Assembly: GCA_041651535.1 (NCBI GenBank)
Contig: JBAZIZ010000003.1
Coordinates: forward strand, 19,357-83,356
Direction: 5' to 3'
Length of the DNA: 64,000 nt
Source of the DNA: Patescibacteria group bacterium
GTDB lineage: Bacteria; Patescibacteriota; Patescibacteriia; Magasanikbacterales; UBA922
The position numbers and the translations under genes are program-made. Numbering within the stretch: position 1 is the first letter of the stretch; every line of letters begins with the position of its first letter. Below are positions 9,141-19,583 of this stretch, piece by piece. The notes beneath the pieces were generated by a model. That model was not told where the DNA came from. It was given only the letters and a program-made list of their open reading frames with translations, and did no database searches.

Positions 9141-9290
9141 TTTTATCACTCTGAGAAGTATAAAATACAACGAAGAGTCCCCCAGAAAGTGGATTGTCAT
9201 TAGACAATTAAAAATCATCAATTATTGAATTAAAGAAGTTTAAGGGATACCTCTACCCCGACGTAACGTCGGGGTTACGGTATGACAAAA
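9141..9290. repeat. Long imperfect palindromic REP/MITE-like element, copy 2
   Basis: TTTTATCACTCTGAG..CGAAGAGTCCC ... AAGGGATAC..ACCCCGACGTAACGTCGGGGT..TATGACAAAA; similar to 1576-1712. Confidence 0.65.
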
Positions 9291-9440
9291 TGACTGGAAA
9301 TTTGTTTTAAAAAAGTTTATTTATTTAGCTTATCTATTGAATTAAAAATAAATTTTAAAAAAACCTAAATCTAAAATCCTAAATTTTAATTCTAAAATTT
9401 AAAAACAGCCTTATTTCAGACTATTTTTTACTTTTGCATT

Positions 9441-9480
9441 CCTGCCTACCGGTTTATATGCCGTTAGGTATGCAGGCAGG
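9441..9480. repeat. Short REP-like palindrome CCTGCCTAC-(22 nt)-GCAGGCAGG
   Basis: Same arms as 1823-1862 with the core in the opposite orientation. Confidence 0.7.
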
Positions 9481-9487
9481 TTTAATT

Positions 9488-10630
9488 TTACTTTATTATC
9501 ATCGCATCTCCAAAACTATAAAATCTATATTCTTTTTCAATCGCTTGTTCATAAACATCGAGCATGAACTTTTTTCCGTCAACTAAACTTTTTGCGAAAT
9601 TCTTTGGATTGCCATCATAAAATTTATTAGAAGCAAAAGCACAAACTAACATAAGTAAAGTTGATTTTGGTAAATGAAAATTTGTGATCAAAGCATCAAC
9701 AACTTTAAATTTAAAACCAAGTGTAATGAAAATATTTATATCACCTTTAAAAGCTTCCAATTTTCCGTCTTGATAAGAAGCTAAACTGGCAATTCCTTCA
9801 AGAGTTCTGACACTAGTTGTGCCAACAGCGATTACTCTTCGACCTTCTTTTTTAGCTTTATTTATTTTTTCTGCATTTTCTAAATCTAATTCAATATATT
9901 CACTATGCATTTTATGATCTTCTATATCTTCTGTCTTTACTGGCAAAAATGTTCCTAAACCAACATGCAAAGTAATTTCAGCAAATTCTATTCCTTTTTC
10001 TTTTAAGCGAGCAATCAATTCTGGTGTAAAATGAAAACCAGCTGTCGGGGCGGCTACTGAACCAACATTTTTTGCATAAATTGTTTGATAATCAGTAAAA
10101 TTTTTTGGTTCTGTTTTGACGTAAGGTGGCACTGGAATTTTGCCATATTTATTTGCTTTTTCAATTATTTTTTCTTTTTCATCATCAAATTGGACTAAAA
10201 TTTCTCCACTAATTTCTTTAGCAATTATTTTACAAAAAAAATCAGGAGCAAAACGAACTAACATACCTGGTTTAACTCTTTTACCTGGTTTAGCTAGTAC
10301 TTTCCAAACTCCAGAATTTTCCATTTGACGCACTAAAAAAATTTCAACTTCTTGTTGATTTAAAAGTGGTTTATCTGGAATATTATTTTTATCCAAATCG
10401 CTATCAGCTGCTTCTAATCTACCAAAAAGACGGGCTTTAAATACTTTTGAATTATTTAAAACTAACAAATCACCTTTTTGTAAAAAATCAACTATTTCAA
10501 AAAATTTTTTATCAGTTGTTTTTTTTGATTTTGTGTCAACAACTAAAAGTTTTGAATTGTCTCGTGGTTCAATTGGTTTTTGGGCTATTCTGTCTAATGG
10601 TAAAAAATAATCAAATTCTGTTGTTTTCAT
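9488..10630 (-). CDS. queA: S-adenosylmethionine:tRNA ribosyltransferase-isomerase
   Basis: FDYFLP..IAQKP, GSVAAPTAGFHF, LHVGLGTF, TNFHLPKSTL, YRFYSFGDAM. Confidence 0.97.
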   Translation of the reverse strand: MKTTEFDYFLPLDRIAQKPIEPRDNSKLLVVDTKSKKTTDKKFFEIVDFLQKGDLLVLNNSKVFKARLFGRLEAADSDLDKNNIPDKPLLNQQEVEIFLVRQMENSGVWKVLAKPGKRVKPGMLVRFAPDFFCKIIAKEISGEILVQFDDEKEKIIEKANKYGKIPVPPYVKTEPKNFTDYQTIYAKNVGSVAAPTAGFHFTPELIARLKEKGIEFAEITLHVGLGTFLPVKTEDIEDHKMHSEYIELDLENAEKINKAKKEGRRVIAVGTTSVRTLEGIASLASYQDGKLEAFKGDINIFITLGFKFKVVDALITNFHLPKSTLLMLVCAFASNKFYDGNPKNFAKSLVDGKKFMLDVYEQAIEKEYRFYSFGDAMIIK

Positions 10631-10639
10631 ATCTAAAAA

Positions 10640-11680
10640 TTATAAATATTTATAACGATTATAATTATGCTGTTCATTTGTAACTGCATAATGAACTTGT
10701 CCATTACTATCAGTCAAGAAAAAATTATAATTATTTTTTGTCGGATAAATAGCTGCCATAATAGAATCTAAACTTGGATTACAAATCGGACTAAGCGGTA
10801 ATCCAGGATATTTATAAGTATTCCACAAAGAATCTGTTTGTCTATCTTCAGAAGTAGTAAACACTGTACCGGTTTTAAAAACTGCGTAATGAACTGTGGA
10901 ATCAGCTTGCAGCGCCCAATTTTCTTCTAAACGACGCCAAAATAAATCAGCAACTATTTTTTTATCAGCTAAAGTTTTTACTTCTTTTTCCAAAATAGAG
11001 GCTAAAGTTAAAATTTGATAAACAGTTTTTCCTTGTTTTTCAATTTCCAAATACATTTCTGGAGTAAATTGTGAATCACGGTAAGCAATAAATTTTTCTA
11101 AAATTTCTTTGAGATCAGAATCAGCAAAAACTCTAATTGTTTCTGGAGCTAAATAACCTTCATAACTTACATACTCTGGTTTATCTCTTAAAACTTTATA
11201 TTTAGCAAAATCAACATCTGGTTTAGAAACATCTTTTGCTGTTCGATAATCAACAGCTGGTAAACCAATCAGTTCAGTTGTTTCTTCTGCTTGAAACATG
11301 GCTAAAGATTCAAAATATGTAGCAACATCACGAATATCCCAACCAGGCAAAATGGTTATTTCTTTTTCATTAAAATCTGGTTGATTCAAACTACTCGCAA
11401 TATTAGCAATAGTCAAAGGAGAATTAACAGTGTAATTACCAAATTTTATTTTTTTATCCAAATTATTCCAAGCTAGATATTTTTTAAAAAGCCAAGCATC
11501 AGAAATAATTTTTTCTTTTTCTAATCGAGTTGCTAATTCAGTAGCAGTTTCTCCTTGTTTTACTTCAAAATTTATTTGCGGTTCATGGACTGTCTCTTTT
11601 TTATAAATACTATAATAAAAATAATAAGCAAAAAGAACAAAAACTATTAAAAATAAAAAAAATATTTTATTTAATCGCAT
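10640..11680 (-). CDS. mltG: Endolytic transglycosylase MltG
   Basis: N-terminal TM, EGYLAPET, LASILEKE, LQADSTV, NTYKYPGLPLSPICNP. Confidence 0.93.
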   Translation of the reverse strand: MRLNKIFFLFLIVFVLFAYYFYYSIYKKETVHEPQINFEVKQGETATELATRLEKEKIISDAWLFKKYLAWNNLDKKIKFGNYTVNSPLTIANIASSLNQPDFNEKEITILPGWDIRDVATYFESLAMFQAEETTELIGLPAVDYRTAKDVSKPDVDFAKYKVLRDKPEYVSYEGYLAPETIRVFADSDLKEILEKFIAYRDSQFTPEMYLEIEKQGKTVYQILTLASILEKEVKTLADKKIVADLFWRRLEENWALQADSTVHYAVFKTGTVFTTSEDRQTDSLWNTYKYPGLPLSPICNPSLDSIMAAIYPTKNNYNFFLTDSNGQVHYAVTNEQHNYNRYKYL

Positions 11681-11686
11681 AAAAAA

Positions 11687-12868
11687 TTATTTTATTTTTA
11701 CAAAAAATCTTTTACCTTTTTGTAAAATATCATTTTCTTTTAAAATAAAATCTGGAGATTCTATTTTTTCACTGTTAACTTTTATAGCTCCTTGAGAAAT
11801 TTGACGACGAGCATCAGAATTGCTAGAACAAAAACCGGCTTCAACTAAAACATTTAAAATATTTAAATCTTTTGGTTTTATTTCCATAATATCCTCAGGA
11901 ATTTCTTTATTTTTAAAAGTATTGATAAAATATTCTTCAGCTTTTTCTGCTAAATTTTCATTATGATACATTTTAACGATTTCTTTAGCTAATTTTATTT
12001 TTATATCACGAGGATTTGTTCCGTTTTTCATTTCCGTTTCCATTTCTTTTATTTTTTCCAAAGGAAATCGAGTAGCTAGTGTAAAATATTTTATAATAAA
12101 TTCATCAGCAATCGACATTACTTTTCCAAACATTTCATTTGGTTCAGCAAATAAATTTATTGTATTACCCCAACTAGAACTCATTTTACGTCCGTCTGTA
12201 CCTTCTAAGATTGGACCCATTAAAACATTTTGTGGTTCTTGTCCAAAATGCTCTTGCATTTTTCTACCAGCAAGTAAATTAAATCTTTGATCAGTACCGC
12301 CTAATTCAACATCAGCTTTTATTGCCACTGAATCGTGTCCTTGCATCAAAGGATATAATAATTCACGCAAAGAAACCCGACTACCAGCATCTAGACGACG
12401 ACGAATATTTTCTCGAGCAATAAATTCAGCTAAAGAAAATTGATTGGCTTCTTCACCTATTTCTTTATAAGTCAATTTTCCAAGCCATTTGCTGTTATAA
12501 TGAATTTCGCATTTTTTTATATCCAAAATTTTTCCAGCTTGGGCAACATAATTTTTCATGTTTTGTTTTATTTGTTTTTGATCAAGCATTGGTCTTTCAC
12601 TATCTTTGTCTGAAGTATCACCAATAACACCAGTAAAATCACCAATTATAAAAACAACTTTATGACCTAAATCTTGAAAATCTTTGAGTTTTAAAAGTGG
12701 TATAGAACGACCGATATGAATATTTGGGCTTGTTGGATCAATTCCTAATTTTATTCTAAGTTGTTTTCCGCTTTGCATTTTTTTTTGTAAATCTTTTCTA
12801 TCAATTATTTCTTCGACTCCTCTATTTAAAACTTCTTCAATTTTTTTTAAATCAGTATTTATTTTCAT
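11687..12868 (-). CDS. tyrS: Tyrosine--tRNA ligase
   Basis: GIDPTSPNIHIGR, ELGGTDQRFN, KMSSS, C-terminal S4 domain. Confidence 0.96.
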   Translation of the reverse strand: MKINTDLKKIEEVLNRGVEEIIDRKDLQKKMQSGKQLRIKLGIDPTSPNIHIGRSIPLLKLKDFQDLGHKVVFIIGDFTGVIGDTSDKDSERPMLDQKQIKQNMKNYVAQAGKILDIKKCEIHYNSKWLGKLTYKEIGEEANQFSLAEFIARENIRRRLDAGSRVSLRELLYPLMQGHDSVAIKADVELGGTDQRFNLLAGRKMQEHFGQEPQNVLMGPILEGTDGRKMSSSWGNTINLFAEPNEMFGKVMSIADEFIIKYFTLATRFPLEKIKEMETEMKNGTNPRDIKIKLAKEIVKMYHNENLAEKAEEYFINTFKNKEIPEDIMEIKPKDLNILNVLVEAGFCSSNSDARRQISQGAIKVNSEKIESPDFILKENDILQKGKRFFVKIK

Positions 12869-12872
12869 ATAA

Positions 12873-15662
12873 TTATTTTAAATTTTCTAATTGTTTTTGT
12901 AATTTATTTAATTTATCTTGCGCTTCAGCCAATTTATTTTTTTCTATTTCTACAACTTTTTCTGGTGCATTATCTACAAAATTTTTATTATTTAATTTTT
13001 CTTGTAAATTTTTTATATAAGGATTAATTTTTTCAATTTCTAATTTCAATCTAATATTTTCTTTTTCTTTATTTAAATTAGAAGAAAAATCTAAAAATAT
13101 TTCCACTCCACTTTCTACACAAGCTGTATATTTTTCTGGTTTATCCATTTTCTCAAAAATTTCCAATTTTTCCAATCTAGACAAAACTTTGATCACTTCT
13201 TTATTATTTTCTAATAAACTTTTTTTATTTCCAGCACTTATTATAACATCTATCTTTTTAACAGGTTCAATTTTATTTTCTGATCTGACAGAACGGATTT
13301 TGATTATTATATTTTGCAAAACAGAAAAATCTTCAATTTTGTCTTGTTTTTTAGTAAACAAAGAAAATATTTTTTTAATTTTTTCTAATTTATTTTTTGG
13401 CATCTTTTCTACTAATAAAATTTTATTTTCACCATAAATTTCTTGCCAAATTTCTTCTGTCACAAATGGCATAAATGGATGCCAAAGTTTTAAAATTGTA
13501 TTTAAAATATAATTTAATATTTCTGATTTATCACCTTCTATTTTCGCAATTTCCAAATACCAATCAGCTAATTCATTCCAAGTAAAATCTCTTAATTTTT
13601 CTCCAGCCAAAGATAAATTAAAATTATTTATAAGTTTTTCATTTTCTGTAAGTAAATTTGATAAATTATTTAAAATCCATTTATCAGCTAAAGTTTTTGT
13701 TTTCGGTATCACAATATCGTTTTTTGGTTCATCAATATTTAAAAGCATAAAACGACTAATATTCCAAAGTTTATTTGTAAAATTTCTAAAACCAGCAATT
13801 TTTTCTTCAGATAATTTCATATCATTTCCTGGAGTATTACCAATCAAAAGTGATAATCTAGTTGCATCAGCCCCGTATTTTTCTATCATTTGTAAAGGAT
13901 CGATTGTATTACCTAGAGATTTACTCATTTTTTTACCTTTTTCATCTCTAACTAAACCGTGCAAATAAACCGTTTTAAAAGGAATATCTCCAAACGTATA
14001 AGTTGTCATAAGAATCATACGAGCAACCCAAAAAAACAAAATATCATAACCAGTTTCCATAACTGTAGTAGGATGGAAATTTCTAAAATCTTCACTATCA
14101 ATTATTATTTTTTCATTTTCAATTTTTATTTGATCTGCTGAATTTGCCAAAGTAGAAAATGTCCAAAGTCCAGAACTAAACCATGTATCAAGTGTATCGG
14201 TGTCTTGGATCCAATTATTTCCTTTTGGCGCTTCTGTCCCAACATAAATATCTTTTTCTTCGTCTTTTGAATTTTTCATTTTTAATTTTAAATTTGTTTT
14301 GTACCAAACAGGAATTTGATGACCAAACCAAATCTGACGAGAAATGCACCAATCTTTTAGATTATCAATCCAATTAAAATAAACTTTTTCAAACTGTTCC
14401 GGAATAATTTTTATTTGTCCACTTTTAACTGTAATTTGCATGAGTTCTTTCAAAGAAAAATTATCACCATTTTTTACATTTTTTAATTTTGAATTATTGA
14501 TTTTAAATTTTTTGTTTACATCAATAAACCATTGGGTCATTGGCAACGATTCTATAACATCACCAAAACGATCAGAAGTACCGACATTTTGGATTGTATC
14601 TTCTTCTTTTATAAATAAATTATTTTTTTTCAAATTTTCTAAAACTTCTTCTCGACATTTTAAAACTTCAAGCCCAGCATATTTGCCAGCTTTGTCAGAC
14701 ATTTTACCATCTTTATCAATAATTTGAATCATGCCAATTTCATTACCCAAAGATTTTTGTTTTAAATACATTTCAAAATCGACTGAGCTGTGTGCTGGAG
14801 TAACTCCAACTGCTCCAGTTCCGTATTTCATATCAACATGTTCATCGGCAATTATTTTTATTTTTAAATCAATTTCAGAATCAGCAAAATTTTTAATTTC
14901 AAAAGTTTTACCAATAAATTTTTTATATCTTTTGTCTTGTGGATTTACTGCAACTGCAGTATCACCTAATTTTGTTTCTGGACGAGTAGTCGCAATAGCA
15001 ATTGGAAAATCTTGATTATATTTAAAAGTATAAATTTTTGCTGGTCTTTCAATATAAACAAGTTCGTCATCACTGCAAGTTGATTGCCCTTTTACTGACC
15101 AATTTATAACTCTAAAACCACGATAAATGAGTCCATCATCATACATTTTTTTAAATACTGAATAAACAGCTTTATGACGAATTTCATCCAAAGTATAGGC
15201 TTCTCGGCTCCAATCAAGTGAAGCTCCCATTTTTTTTGTTTGTCCAATTATGGTATCATGACTGTTTTTAGCAAATTCTTTTACTTTTTCCAAAAATTTT
15301 TCTTTTCCTAATTCTTGTTTTGGTTTTTTTAAACCTTCTTTTTCAATTAACATTTTTTCTACTTTTGATTCAGTCGCTACAGCTGCATGATCAGTACCAG
15401 GCAACCACAGAGTTTTTTTACCTGACATCCGCTGAAATCTAATTAGAACATCTTGGATAGCTAACATAGCCGCATGACCCATATGTAAAGTTCCGGTAAC
15501 ATTTGGCGGTGGCAAAACAATACTAAAAGATTCTGATTTTTCATCACAAATTCCTTTTTTTACGCAAACATCAGGATTAAAAAAACCGCTTTTTTCCCAT
15601 TTTTCGTAAATTTTATCTTCGTATTTTTGCGGTTCGTAAGTTTTAGCCAATTCTTTTTTCAT
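12873..15662 (-). CDS. valS: Valine--tRNA ligase
   Basis: PPPNVTGTLHMGH, DWCISRQIWFGH, DTWFSSG, KMSKS, C-terminal coiled coil. Confidence 0.97.
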   Translation of the reverse strand: MKKELAKTYEPQKYEDKIYEKWEKSGFFNPDVCVKKGICDEKSESFSIVLPPPNVTGTLHMGHAAMLAIQDVLIRFQRMSGKKTLWLPGTDHAAVATESKVEKMLIEKEGLKKPKQELGKEKFLEKVKEFAKNSHDTIIGQTKKMGASLDWSREAYTLDEIRHKAVYSVFKKMYDDGLIYRGFRVINWSVKGQSTCSDDELVYIERPAKIYTFKYNQDFPIAIATTRPETKLGDTAVAVNPQDKRYKKFIGKTFEIKNFADSEIDLKIKIIADEHVDMKYGTGAVGVTPAHSSVDFEMYLKQKSLGNEIGMIQIIDKDGKMSDKAGKYAGLEVLKCREEVLENLKKNNLFIKEEDTIQNVGTSDRFGDVIESLPMTQWFIDVNKKFKINNSKLKNVKNGDNFSLKELMQITVKSGQIKIIPEQFEKVYFNWIDNLKDWCISRQIWFGHQIPVWYKTNLKLKMKNSKDEEKDIYVGTEAPKGNNWIQDTDTLDTWFSSGLWTFSTLANSADQIKIENEKIIIDSEDFRNFHPTTVMETGYDILFFWVARMILMTTYTFGDIPFKTVYLHGLVRDEKGKKMSKSLGNTIDPLQMIEKYGADATRLSLLIGNTPGNDMKLSEEKIAGFRNFTNKLWNISRFMLLNIDEPKNDIVIPKTKTLADKWILNNLSNLLTENEKLINNFNLSLAGEKLRDFTWNELADWYLEIAKIEGDKSEILNYILNTILKLWHPFMPFVTEEIWQEIYGENKILLVEKMPKNKLEKIKKIFSLFTKKQDKIEDFSVLQNIIIKIRSVRSENKIEPVKKIDVIISAGNKKSLLENNKEVIKVLSRLEKLEIFEKMDKPEKYTACVESGVEIFLDFSSNLNKEKENIRLKLEIEKINPYIKNLQEKLNNKNFVDNAPEKVVEIEKNKLAEAQDKLNKLQKQLENLK

Positions 15663-15847
15663 AAATTATTATTAATAATCTTATTATACCCGATTTATAT
15701 AAAAAATCAAGAAAAAAGCTATTTTAAGCTAAATTTTACTCTTTTTTATAAGAAAAACTGAAAACTCTTGACAAAAAGCTTTTTTTTATATAATATGCTA
15801 TATTCTCTTGTCAAAAACAAGACGATTTTCAAAGTCCGCAAAAAGAT

Positions 15848-16987
15848 ATGAGTTTAAATAATTTTGAACAATTCAAACAAATAGTAAACGAAAAAAAACA
15901 TATTTTGATTACTTTTAAAAAAAGAGCTGATGGTGATGCTATTGGGGCTGCTTTGGCAATCAAAAAAGTTTTAGAACAAAATGGAAAAAAAATTGATATA
16001 GTTTGTGATGATTTTAAAATTGAAAAAAAATATGCTTTTTTAACTGGCATAAAGGATATAAAAAATGCTTTATTAGATTTACATAAATTTATTATTAGCA
16101 TTGATATCAAAGATACTGGCATTAATGAATTAAGTTATGATATCAAAGAAAATAATTTAAGAATTTTTGTTTCTCCAAAAAAAGGTTTTCTTTCAAAAGA
16201 AAAAATCAAAACTTCTCAAACTGATTTTAAATATGATTTAATAATAGTTTTAGACACTTCTGAATTATATTTACTTGCTAATATTTATAATAAAAATGAA
16301 GATTTTTTTTATACTACTCCAATAATTAATATTGACCACAAATCAACAAATGAATATTTTGGACATTTAAATATTATTGACTTGCCTGCTTCTAGTACTA
16401 GCGAAATAATTTATAAATTATTTGAAAAAATATATCCAGAATTTTTAACTGCTGAGATAGCCGAAATTTTATTGACTGGAATAATTCATGGCACAAATAG
16501 TTTTAAAAACAAAAAAGTTAATCCAAATACTTTAGCTATCGCTGGAAAATTAGTTGATCTCGGAGCTGACAGAGAAAAAATAATAAAAAATTTGTATCAA
16601 ACAAAAGATATTTCCACTTTTAAACTTTGGGGTATTATTTTAAATAATTTACAATACGATAAAGAAAATGATTTAGTTTGGTCAATTTTAACTCGTGAAG
16701 ATTTCAAAAAAACAGATGCTGACAGAAAAGATTTAGAAAATATAATTGATGAAATAATTGTTACTTCTCCAGAAGCTAAATATATTTTACTTTTATTTGA
16801 AAATGAAAATAATGAAATTGAAGGCAAATTAAAAATATTACCAGCACATCATGCCACTGAAATTATGAAAAAATATAATGCTGTCGGAGATGAAAATGAT
16901 GCTAATTTTATAATTAAAAATTCTAGTATCAAAAAAGCTGAGGAAGAAATCTTGCAACACATTAAAAACGAAATTAAAAAAAATTAA
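15848..16987 (+). CDS. DHH/NrnA-like phosphoesterase family protein with degenerate motifs
   Basis: ADGDAIGA, IVLDT, INIDHK (for DHH), ASSTSEI. Confidence 0.8.
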   Translation: MSLNNFEQFKQIVNEKKHILITFKKRADGDAIGAALAIKKVLEQNGKKIDIVCDDFKIEKKYAFLTGIKDIKNALLDLHKFIISIDIKDTGINELSYDIKENNLRIFVSPKKGFLSKEKIKTSQTDFKYDLIIVLDTSELYLLANIYNKNEDFFYTTPIINIDHKSTNEYFGHLNIIDLPASSTSEIIYKLFEKIYPEFLTAEIAEILLTGIIHGTNSFKNKKVNPNTLAIAGKLVDLGADREKIIKNLYQTKDISTFKLWGIILNNLQYDKENDLVWSILTREDFKKTDADRKDLENIIDEIIVTSPEAKYILLLFENENNEIEGKLKILPAHHATEIMKKYNAVGDENDANFIIKNSSIKKAEEEILQHIKNEIKKN

Positions 16988-17114
16988 TTAAAAATCGTTC
17001 TTTACAAAAATCTCCAAAAAAGTTTATATACAAAACTTTCGTTTAGATAAATAAGCATATTTATTTAAGTGAAGGTTTTGTGGGTTTAATTATTTTTTAT
17101 TATTGGAGATTAAA

Positions 17115-17474
17115 ATGAAAACGCTAAAAATTCTGTTGACGGTTTTTGGAATTTCAATGTTTTTTACAACATTGGAATTAATATTCCAGGGTGTGTTCTA
17201 TACAGATATTCACATAGGATATCTGTCTGGAACGGCCCTTTGGTCGATTGCTTCGCCTCTGTATATTTTTTTATTTACTAGAGGAGAAAAAGAATACCGC
17301 ACCGAAAAAATGATTGTGTATGGTATTTTATTTGCCTTAGGAGTTGCTGCCGCACATATTTTTTTTCCAGTGGATAAAAATATTATCTTTTTCCCATTGA
17401 TAAAAGATATATTTGTAGTTTTGGTATCGATGGGAATATTTATATTTTTTTATAAAAAAATAGAAGGAGAATAA
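17115..17474 (+). CDS. Hypothetical membrane protein (about 4 TM)
   Basis: Hydrophobic ORF with GGAG SD before ATG 17115. Confidence 0.65.
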   Translation: MKTLKILLTVFGISMFFTTLELIFQGVFYTDIHIGYLSGTALWSIASPLYIFLFTRGEKEYRTEKMIVYGILFALGVAAAHIFFPVDKNIIFFPLIKDIFVVLVSMGIFIFFYKKIEGE

Positions 17475-17475
17475 A

Positions 17476-17925
17476 ATGAAAAAGATTTTAAGTTACGTCC
17501 AACTAGTTGCTCTAGCTGAAACAAACCCAGAGGAAAGGGTTTGTATTGAAAAAAATGGTGAAGTGATTGAAATGTCTGCAACAGACGCACTGTCTGAAAT
17601 AGACAAAATGTTCTTTATAAAAAAAGAAGAACATAAAGAAGAAGAATTAAAAAAAAGACCCGGACAGTGGGTCTATGAAATTGTGGAGGATCTAAATTGC
17701 AATGTCTCAATGGGCGATGAACTTTTCTCATTGTCTGGATTCTCCTTAAATAAGAGCCAAAGGCAAGAGATTATGGAATCAATCATCGGGATTAATTCCA
17801 CAGATGCATTATCTGGCATCTTTAAAATGGAAGAAATCTTTGTCCAAAAACTGATAGAGTTTGGACTGGATGAAAAAAAAGCTAAGCAGGCAGCTAAAGA
17901 AACTATTAACAGTTTTAAGTTTTAG
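17476..17925 (+). CDS. Hypothetical protein
   Basis: 149-aa ORF with AAGGAG SD, followed by a CCGG..CCGG-T-run terminator. Confidence 0.65.
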   Translation: MKKILSYVQLVALAETNPEERVCIEKNGEVIEMSATDALSEIDKMFFIKKEEHKEEELKKRPGQWVYEIVEDLNCNVSMGDELFSLSGFSLNKSQRQEIMESIIGINSTDALSGIFKMEEIFVQKLIEFGLDEKKAKQAAKETINSFKF

Positions 17926-18042
17926 TTTTTTTGCTCTTTTATATCCCGGTTGAAATATACCGGTTTTTTTATTTTAAAATTTTTTAAAAACAGAAAACTC
18001 CCTTGTAAGGAGTTTTATTTTAAAATTTTGCATTTTTAATTT

Positions 18043-19581
18043 TTAATTCAGTAGGCTTTTCCCTGTCATTTCTTTTGGAATTTCAATTTGTAATTCAGTC
18101 AAAATTGTTGGTGCAATATCAGCTAAATTTCCCGAAGGATAAACTAAACTCAAGTCTCCGTTGATTGAATCATTTTTGACAATCTTTTTTCCACGTAAAC
18201 TATTTTTAATAATCAAAAAAGGTATAGTTTCAACCACATTTATTCCTAATAATTCTTTTTTTACATAACTAGAACTTATAAACAAAGTTCCATCTTTAGC
18301 TAGGCAATAATCAGCAATTTTTTTTATTTGTTTATCTAAAAGTAAAATATTTTTTTTGATTTTTTCTTTATCAGAAACAAAGTCTGCTGTCAGATCTAAA
18401 ATTGAATAGTTAGCTAAATAAAAATCAAAATTATCATTATTAATATTTTTAATAATTTTATTTGTTGTCGTCTTAGTAGTTTTTCTTAAATATTCATTAT
18501 AATCTCCTGTTATTGATAATTTTACCATTTCATCTGTTTCATTTTCAAAAGCATCATTAATTTTTCCGTTAAAATAATAAGTTACGTGAGAAAATTTTTC
18601 TGGTCCAGCTAAATGTAATTGTTTAAATTTATTTTTACTCAACGTTTCGGTCAAAGAATTGTATATAAAAAATTTTGGAAACGCTACTAAAGCTGGTAAT
18701 TCTTTATCATATTCTGTTAAAGTAATTACAAGATTTTCTAAATGATCAAAAATTATAGGAAATTTTGTAAAAGATGGTAACGCAAAAGCTTTTGTAAGTT
18801 GTCGCATACCAACAGAAGAATGATTGAAAAAAAAGATTAAATCATTTTTGTTAAAATTATATTGAACCTGTTTAATTTTTATTGGACTTTTTTCCAGCAA
18901 AGAAAAATCAGCCAAAATATTTTTTAGATCAAATGATTCTATATCCGAAGAATTACAGATAGTTTTATATACTTTTTCAGTTCTATCCCAATGTCTATCC
19001 ATATCCATCGCAAAATTTTTTCCAGACAAACTAGCCAAAATAACATTATGATTATTTTTTATCTTTGCTAAAAAATTTTCTAGAATTTTTTTATTATTTT
19101 CATCCATTGTATTTTCAGTATCTAAAAAAATATGTAAAAAAATCTTTTTTTTACTAACATTTTTGTAAAATTCTAATAAAGAAAGAAGATGTTTTTCATC
19201 AGAAAATTGTTTATCTATTCCCAAAAAACCAGCTAAATGTAAATTGGAATTATTTTTTTGTAAAAATTCAATACTTTTCAACAAAATTTTATTTTCAAAA
19301 AAAGTTTTATCAGTTATTGCTCTATCAATTTTTTCTCTGGTTGAATAACAAAGACGACCAGCCCCAATATTTAAATGTCCAGCAATTGAATTTCCCTTTT
19401 CATCGTCAGAAGAACCAATTTGTCGACCAGCACTATACAAAGTTGTTGCAGGATATTCTTTGGAAAAAAAATAAAAATTTGGCAATATTTTTTTGCTAAG
19501 TAAATTTTCTTCACTTTCTGGAGCTATACCAAATCCATCAAGCAAAATAAGTACTGTCGGTTTTTTTATTTTTTCCAACAT
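18043..19581 (-). CDS. Degenerate 2,3-bisphosphoglycerate-independent phosphoglycerate mutase paralog
   Basis: LDGFG, GNSIAGHLNIGAGR, AMDMDRHW, HVTYYFNG, LADIAPT retained; DMVGH and ADHGN metal motifs lost. Confidence 0.8.
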   Translation of the reverse strand: MLEKIKKPTVLILLDGFGIAPESEENLLSKKILPNFYFFSKEYPATTLYSAGRQIGSSDDEKGNSIAGHLNIGAGRLCYSTREKIDRAITDKTFFENKILLKSIEFLQKNNSNLHLAGFLGIDKQFSDEKHLLSLLEFYKNVSKKKIFLHIFLDTENTMDENNKKILENFLAKIKNNHNVILASLSGKNFAMDMDRHWDRTEKVYKTICNSSDIESFDLKNILADFSLLEKSPIKIKQVQYNFNKNDLIFFFNHSSVGMRQLTKAFALPSFTKFPIIFDHLENLVITLTEYDKELPALVAFPKFFIYNSLTETLSKNKFKQLHLAGPEKFSHVTYYFNGKINDAFENETDEMVKLSITGDYNEYLRKTTKTTTNKIIKNINNDNFDFYLANYSILDLTADFVSDKEKIKKNILLLDKQIKKIADYCLAKDGTLFISSSYVKKELLGINVVETIPFLIIKNSLRGKKIVKNDSINGDLSLVYPSGNLADIAPTILTELQIEIPKEMTGKSLLN

Positions 19582-19583
19582 AA

